Part shown: positions 26,859 through 31,660 of the stretch, piece by piece
Position numbering within the stretch: position 1 is the stretch's first letter
Layout: every line of letters begins with the position of its first letter
Assembly (NCBI GenBank): GCA_964236955.1
Contig: CAXSGP010000054.1
Location: forward strand, 1-31,660
Length of the DNA: 31,660 bases
Direction: 5' to 3'
DNA from: an uncultured Oligoflexus sp.
Lineage (GTDB): Bacteria > Bdellovibrionota_B > Oligoflexia > Oligoflexales > Oligoflexaceae
The notes under the pieces: generated by a model
What the model saw: the letters and a program-made list of their open reading frames with translations, nothing else
Databases searched by the model: none
Told to the model about the DNA's origin: nothing
Position numbers and translations under genes: made by a program

Positions 26859-27547
26859 CAAGTCCAAGCTCTTTCGGCTTCTTCCAGATTCCTATTCGAT
26901 CGATGGGTCTTTCAGCCTAAAAACTAATCAGGCCAGCAGTAAAGGTCGTAAGATCTTCCCATCTAATTTCCGTTCTCCTTGTGCTGAGCCGGGCACCTCC
27001 GGTTCTTAAATAAGCATCTGGGATGGTTTTTGCCTTATTTTTGAGCACCGCAAGCGGTTTTAGATTAAATCCTAAGCTATCGAGCGCCGCTTAGGGCGAC
27101 ACTGAGGTCTTCTGTCTTCCTCACTGGGATATCCGTGATGTTTACATCGCTTTCCTTGCCTTTGTCTTTCTGTTCATAAAATAAGCGATTCTCTGAAATT
27201 CCCTTATGCCAGGCCATCGATGATCTTTTAACCCCATTATTTTGACGAATCCCTTGGTATTAAAGGGTTTTGTGGCAATTATCTTTCGGCCAAAAAACAG
27301 GTGTTAAATGATCACAGGCAGCCCTGCTTCGGGTCCAGCCGCTAAAAGGGGTATTTTTTATTAAAATTAGCTACTTAATAATCAAACAACGATTACAATA
27401 TTAATGGTGTTGTTTATAATTAAACCAGCACCAATAAAAATGGTGTTTGTATAATATTACTGAAGACAAAAATAACTTAAAAATCTGAATTTTCTCTAGG
27501 AGAGTTGATGGGAGTGAATCAGAATTGAAGAAAGCGGAGGATTCGGC

Positions 27548-28810
27548 ATGGGGACCGAGGACAATAAAAATATTGATCTCTACGATCAAAATTTCGACCG
27601 AAACTACCAGATCGCGCAAAAGGTTTTGCTTATTCTTGAAGAGGCAGGGCAAGAGGCGCGTTTGGCGGGAGGCTGTGTTCGCGATAGGCTACTGGGGATC
27701 CAGCCCAAAGATTATGACCTTGCCACCTCTGCTGGGCCCGAGCTGATTTGCTTAATTTTTAAACACAAAGGCTTTAAGACTGTGCCTACCGGAATCGATC
27801 ATGGGACGGTAACCGTCGTCATGAACGGCCAGGGCATTGAAGTGACCAGCCTAAGGACCGATGTTTCAACCGATGGCCGCCGCGCTGTGGTAGCCTTTGG
27901 CCATTCCTTTGAAGAGGATTCGCTAAGGCGGGATTTTACGATTAATGCCCTTTATGAAGACCGTTTCGGGACCGTCTATGACTTCCATGACGGGCGCAGG
28001 GACTTAGAGAACGGCATTTTGCGCTTTGTCGGGAACCCGCGTACCCGCATCCGCGAGGATTATCTTCGAATCCTACGCCTCTTTCGCTTTTGGGCGCGCT
28101 TTCAGTTTCAGCCGCAATCCGAAATCTTGCCGCTCATTGCCGAAGAGGCAAAGGGCCTGGAACAAATCAGCCAGGAGCGAAAGACCAACGAACTCCTCCT
28201 TATTCTGCAATGCCAGAATATTGATGTGATATTGCAAGCCATGGCTGACACGGGAGTTCTTGCCCAGATTTTGGGCATAAAAACCTTAGAAGCAAAACCC
28301 AAAGCCTACTGGGATGCCCTTTTATTGAACAACAAAACGCATGGACAGCTCGCTCGGATAGCGGCGCTTTTAATGGCCTTTGATAATAAAGTGGATCAAT
28401 GGAAGTCATTGGATGAGCTTAGGCTATCGCGTCTGCAAACCAACGCCGTTACAACCCTGCTCGATAATCTTCTGCCTGGCGACGTAAGCGATCCCGCTAC
28501 GGCCTTTGACTGGTTGGACCGGATCGAAGGGCAACTTTGGGAGGGAGCCTGGGATGATTTTCTTTTGCCGGCCTGGATGGTGCTAGCTTATTCTCCAAGC
28601 TTAGGTCTTCTCAATAAAACACTGAAGGACCACGTGCAGAGACGAGTCTGCCCCATTAACGGGCAGTACTTCATTCAGCAACTTAAACTCAAGCCCGGTC
28701 CCGACCTTGGCAACCTGCTGCAGGATCTAAAAATAGCCTACCGACGCGGATTCTGGACGAGCAAAGAGGAAGCTTTGGCCTTTGCCAAAAGCAGAGTCAC
28801 CCAAAAGTAA
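27548..28810 (+). CDS. cca: Class II tRNA nucleotidyltransferase (CCA-adding type)
   Basis: AGGCVRD, DYDLAT, EVTSLR, RRDFTINAL, EDYLRILRLFRF, ISQER; GGAGG RBS. Confidence 0.9.
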   Translation: MGTEDNKNIDLYDQNFDRNYQIAQKVLLILEEAGQEARLAGGCVRDRLLGIQPKDYDLATSAGPELICLIFKHKGFKTVPTGIDHGTVTVVMNGQGIEVTSLRTDVSTDGRRAVVAFGHSFEEDSLRRDFTINALYEDRFGTVYDFHDGRRDLENGILRFVGNPRTRIREDYLRILRLFRFWARFQFQPQSEILPLIAEEAKGLEQISQERKTNELLLILQCQNIDVILQAMADTGVLAQILGIKTLEAKPKAYWDALLLNNKTHGQLARIAALLMAFDNKVDQWKSLDELRLSRLQTNAVTTLLDNLLPGDVSDPATAFDWLDRIEGQLWEGAWDDFLLPAWMVLAYSPSLGLLNKTLKDHVQRRVCPINGQYFIQQLKLKPGPDLGNLLQDLKIAYRRGFWTSKEEALAFAKSRVTQK

Positions 28811-28919
28811 GCAGGAATTGTTTTACGATTTAAAAAAAGTGAAAGATAGTGCCACGCTTGAGCAGGAGGTCTGTTGCCTCTCGTAGTTTATTCCACCACC
28901 GCCTCCGAGGATACCTGCC

Positions 28920-30143
28920 GTGTCGATACAGTTGGGCTACTTTGTTCCCGAATTTCCCGGACAAACGCACATTTTTTTCTGGCGGGAACTAGGGCGTCTC
29001 GAAGCTCTTGGAGCGAAGGTTCATATCGTCTCCACGCGAAAGCCGCCGCAGAAAATCACCTCGCACAGCTGGTCAGAGGAGGCGAAAGCGCGAACGACCT
29101 ATTTGCGTGAAACAGGCTCCATAAGCTTGGTCTTGCAACTTCTCGCTGCTGCCTTGAGTTGGAAAGCGAGGGGCTGGCTGCGCTGCTGCACAGTGATCTG
29201 CAAAGCCGATACAAATCTACGCGGTAAGGTGGAACTCTTTGCCTTGGCCCTTTTCGGGGCACGCTTAGCGGTCATCGCCCATACCAATCAGTGGGATCAT
29301 CTGCATGTCCATTCCTGTGCAAATGCTGCCAATATAGCTCTATTTGCCGGGCTACTTTCTGGATTGCCATACAGCCTGACTTTGCATGGTCCCCTGAATG
29401 ACTATGGAAAAAACCAGAAACAAAAGTGGGCTTATGCCAGGTTTGGGATCATCATCACGCAAAAACTCTTTGCTGAATTGCGCGAGGAGCTTGGAAGCGC
29501 CGTTACAAAAAATCTCTATATTGCCCCTATGGGCGTAAATCTTGAAGTCTTTCGTCGACCAAAACCCTACGTAGCCTATCGCGGTGAAGGCATCGGCCTT
29601 ATCTACTGCGTCGGCCGCCTGAATCCCTGCAAAGGCCATGCGGATTTGATTCGCGCGGTGAGCCTGCTGAAGGCACGCGGGTGGGCGATCAAACTTAAAA
29701 TCGCTGGTGAGGACGAGATCGGCGGTGCTGGCTATCATAAGGATTTACAGCAGCTCATCGATCAACTCAAGCTAGGCGCTGAAGTTGAATTGCTCGGCGC
29801 CGTATCCGAGCCTGTGATCCGTGATGGTCTGACGGCCAGTCATGTGTTTGCCCTTGCGAGCCTTCATGAGCCTCTTGGCGTTGCTATTATGGAAGCGATG
29901 GCTTTGGAAATGCCGGTTGTTGTGACTTCAGGGGGCGGGGTGAAAGAGTTGGTTGACGATGGAAAGGATGGGCTTCTGGTGGAGCCCGAAAATGTACGGC
30001 AATTGGCCGATACTCTCGAAAAGCTTTTTAAGGATCCAATGTTGGCTGAAAGATTAGGCAACGCCTCACGGCAGAAAATTGCCGCTCAGTTTCAAGACTC
30101 GCGCAGTGCGGAGCTTCTATTAAAATATGCTGCTAAAACCTGA
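28920..30143 (+). CDS. GT4 family glycosyltransferase (exopolysaccharide WcaL/EpsE-like)
   Basis: GYFVPEFPGQTHIFFWRE, HLHVHS, VGRLNPCKG, EPLGVAIMEAMA; GTG start after GAGGA. Confidence 0.9.
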   Translation: MSIQLGYFVPEFPGQTHIFFWRELGRLEALGAKVHIVSTRKPPQKITSHSWSEEAKARTTYLRETGSISLVLQLLAAALSWKARGWLRCCTVICKADTNLRGKVELFALALFGARLAVIAHTNQWDHLHVHSCANAANIALFAGLLSGLPYSLTLHGPLNDYGKNQKQKWAYARFGIIITQKLFAELREELGSAVTKNLYIAPMGVNLEVFRRPKPYVAYRGEGIGLIYCVGRLNPCKGHADLIRAVSLLKARGWAIKLKIAGEDEIGGAGYHKDLQQLIDQLKLGAEVELLGAVSEPVIRDGLTASHVFALASLHEPLGVAIMEAMALEMPVVVTSGGGVKELVDDGKDGLLVEPENVRQLADTLEKLFKDPMLAERLGNASRQKIAAQFQDSRSAELLLKYAAKT

Positions 30144-30153
30144 TTCGGCTCCG

Positions 30154-30186
30154 CCCCCTGATCGCCACAGGCTGGCGATTAGGGGG
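30154..30186. other. GC-rich stem-loop between convergent genes
   Basis: CCCCCTGATCGCCA-caggc-TGGCGATTAGGGGG (14 bp, one G-U), no U tract. Confidence 0.6.
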
Positions 30187-30251
30187 GAGCTCAATCTGGG
30201 GCAGGCTCTTGCCCGGTCCACTATTATCGAGCGCCTAAAGACGTCCCGTCG

Positions 30252-31660
30252 TTAAGCAGCCGAAGCCTTCCTGCCCTGCATCCAAAGCACCCCAATTAAT
30301 GCCAACACCAGAAATTGGGCCAATAAGGTTTCTTTGCTAGGAAAGACACCCATCAGTTCCCAGCGAAGAAAAGGCATAATATTATTGATGCTGATCATGC
30401 CACTTTCCTGCAGGGAATGAATACCTTTTCCGGTCAGAATAAAAGCCAACGCCGCCATGATATAAGATGAGATGCGGAAGAGCTTGTTGATGGGCAATCG
30501 AGCGCTAAAGCTCACGGCCATCCACGAAGCGACAATGATAAAAATCAATGTTAATCCTGTGCCGGTCATCATGGCGTTTTTAGCCGAATCGTCAGCTTCG
30601 AACCACAGGACCCGCAGGAACAAGACCGATTCAAACGCTTCCCGGAACACGGCAAGAAACGATATCGTCGCGAGTCCAAGCAGGTTCTTGCTATCGATCG
30701 CCGCCTGAACTTTGCCTTTGATAAACCTGGTCCAGCGACCAATCTCACTGTGTCGATGCAGCCAAAAGCCAAGTACGATCAGCACCAGCACGGCAATGAG
30801 CGAAGTGGTGCCCTCCAGCATCTCGCGTTGAGCGCCGCTAATATCAAACAAAACTCCAGCCAAAAACCAACAGGCCACCCCCGAAGCTAAAGCCAAAATC
30901 CAGCCGGCATGGACCCATATCGCGGCACGGCGGGCACCAAGGGCGCGAATAACGCTGAGTAAAGAGAGAATAATCAACGCGGCTTCAAAGCCCTCGCGTA
31001 GCAAAATTCCCGAGGCATATATGAAGGCTACGCGATTGTCGATTCCCCTGCTCTTCAAATTGGCATCGGCGGCATCGATGGCAACCCGGGCCTTTTCAAT
31101 TTTATTGTGCAGCTCAGCAGCTGGGCTACTCTTTTCAATCGCCGAGCGAACCTCACCCATCGTGACTTCGATTTGGGTGACCAGTTCCGGAGCCTGGGCC
31201 TTCAAGCGAGGCTCAACCGGCTCCACGCCTTCCAGGTAAGATTTGAGGGCATGGCTTTTAGCGCCGGCCTGATCACCGGCATTATAAGCCTTTTCTGTAT
31301 CTGCGAGGTAAGTGCGGGCCAAGGCCAGGGTATTAATCCTATCGGCGTTGACCTGATGAAGGCGCACGGCGGACAACTTGCTATTTTTATCAGCCAGATC
31401 GACATTCAAAACCTTAGCAAGCTTGATGTCGCTCAGGGTTGCTGCCTGCCTTAAGAGTTCGTCGTCAAAATCGAGTTTGATATCCTCACTTGGTTTTTGG
31501 TGCCGAAGGCTGACGACATAAAAGGCCAGCGACCAGGTTTCATCATCGGAGAGATTGGCAAAGGGAGCCATACCTGTTCCCTGCACACCTAAGCGTATTG
31601 TATTAAATTCACCCAGCGGCGCCGCGCCATCCATTGACTCATGGGAAAGAAAATTCGCGG
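30252..31660 (-). CDS. Cytochrome c / FTR1 iron permease fusion (PbrT/EfeU-like), 5'-truncated by window edge
   Basis: REGFE and REAFE motifs; AYL-like 'SYLEGVEPVE' helical domain; cytochrome c tail 'GVQGTGMAPF..LSDDETWSLAFYV'; frame open to window end. Confidence 0.9.
   Translation of the reverse strand, partial: ANFLSHESMDGAAPLGEFNTIRLGVQGTGMAPFANLSDDETWSLAFYVVSLRHQKPSEDIKLDFDDELLRQAATLSDIKLAKVLNVDLADKNSKLSAVRLHQVNADRINTLALARTYLADTEKAYNAGDQAGAKSHALKSYLEGVEPVEPRLKAQAPELVTQIEVTMGEVRSAIEKSSPAAELHNKIEKARVAIDAADANLKSRGIDNRVAFIYASGILLREGFEAALIILSLLSVIRALGARRAAIWVHAGWILALASGVACWFLAGVLFDISGAQREMLEGTTSLIAVLVLIVLGFWLHRHSEIGRWTRFIKGKVQAAIDSKNLLGLATISFLAVFREAFESVLFLRVLWFEADDSAKNAMMTGTGLTLIFIIVASWMAVSFSARLPINKLFRISSYIMAALAFILTGKGIHSLQESGMISINNIMPFLRWELMGVFPSKETLLAQFLVLALIGVLWMQGRKASAA

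Noticed and set aside
27077..27217. 46-codon minus-strand ORF in the 1-kb gap (MAWHKGISEN...)
   Set aside because: No clear RBS at proper spacing and no recognisable motif; cannot be excluded without ribosome profiling
27350..27500. AT-rich stretch as replication origin
   Set aside because: No DnaA-box cluster or origin-associated genes
193..31454. Numerous overlapping or antisense ORFs (e.g. 193-720, 8592-9224, 21835-22470, 23529-24233, 24529-25119)
   Set aside because: Shadows of well-supported genes; no motifs recognised
1..31660. CRISPR array, tRNA/rRNA, transposase, integrase, phage or defence genes
   Set aside because: No periodic repeats or diagnostic motifs seen

Overview
Ordinary-looking bacterial chromosomal window, with no recognisable CRISPR array, rRNA/tRNA gene, IS or prophage. 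The gene types (orphan CheX-like and receiver proteins, receiver-TPR protein, trypsin-like and Cys-rich lipoproteins, non-canonical OmpA-like protein) suggest a Bdellovibrionota/Oligoflexia-like organism; this is inference only. In order: partial DMT transporter; PAS-PP2C (SpoIIE) phosphatase, CheX-like and CheY-like genes; TIGR01777-SRPBCC fusion; orphan receiver; TetR-TolC-MFP-RND efflux operon; tandem USP; zinc-ribbon protein; pseudo-receiver/TPR protein; trypsin lipoprotein; hypothetical lipoproteins; sigma54 activator + HPt upstream of DUF1328, csbD, an OmpA-like gene and a lipoprotein; GT4 glycosyltransferases and O-antigen ligase; a 1-kb gap without long ORFs containing a Fur-like box; CCA-adding enzyme; another GT4; partial cytochrome c-FTR1 iron permease. 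The best candidate system is the 18.3-22.4 kb module: two correctly spaced -24/-12 promoters precede general-stress genes next to a response-regulator-type sigma54 activator and a stand-alone HPt. Also notable are a recurring FliA-like promoter motif and the candidate iron-regulated sRNA region at 26.8-27.2 kb. All calls are by eye from motifs; no database searches were run.
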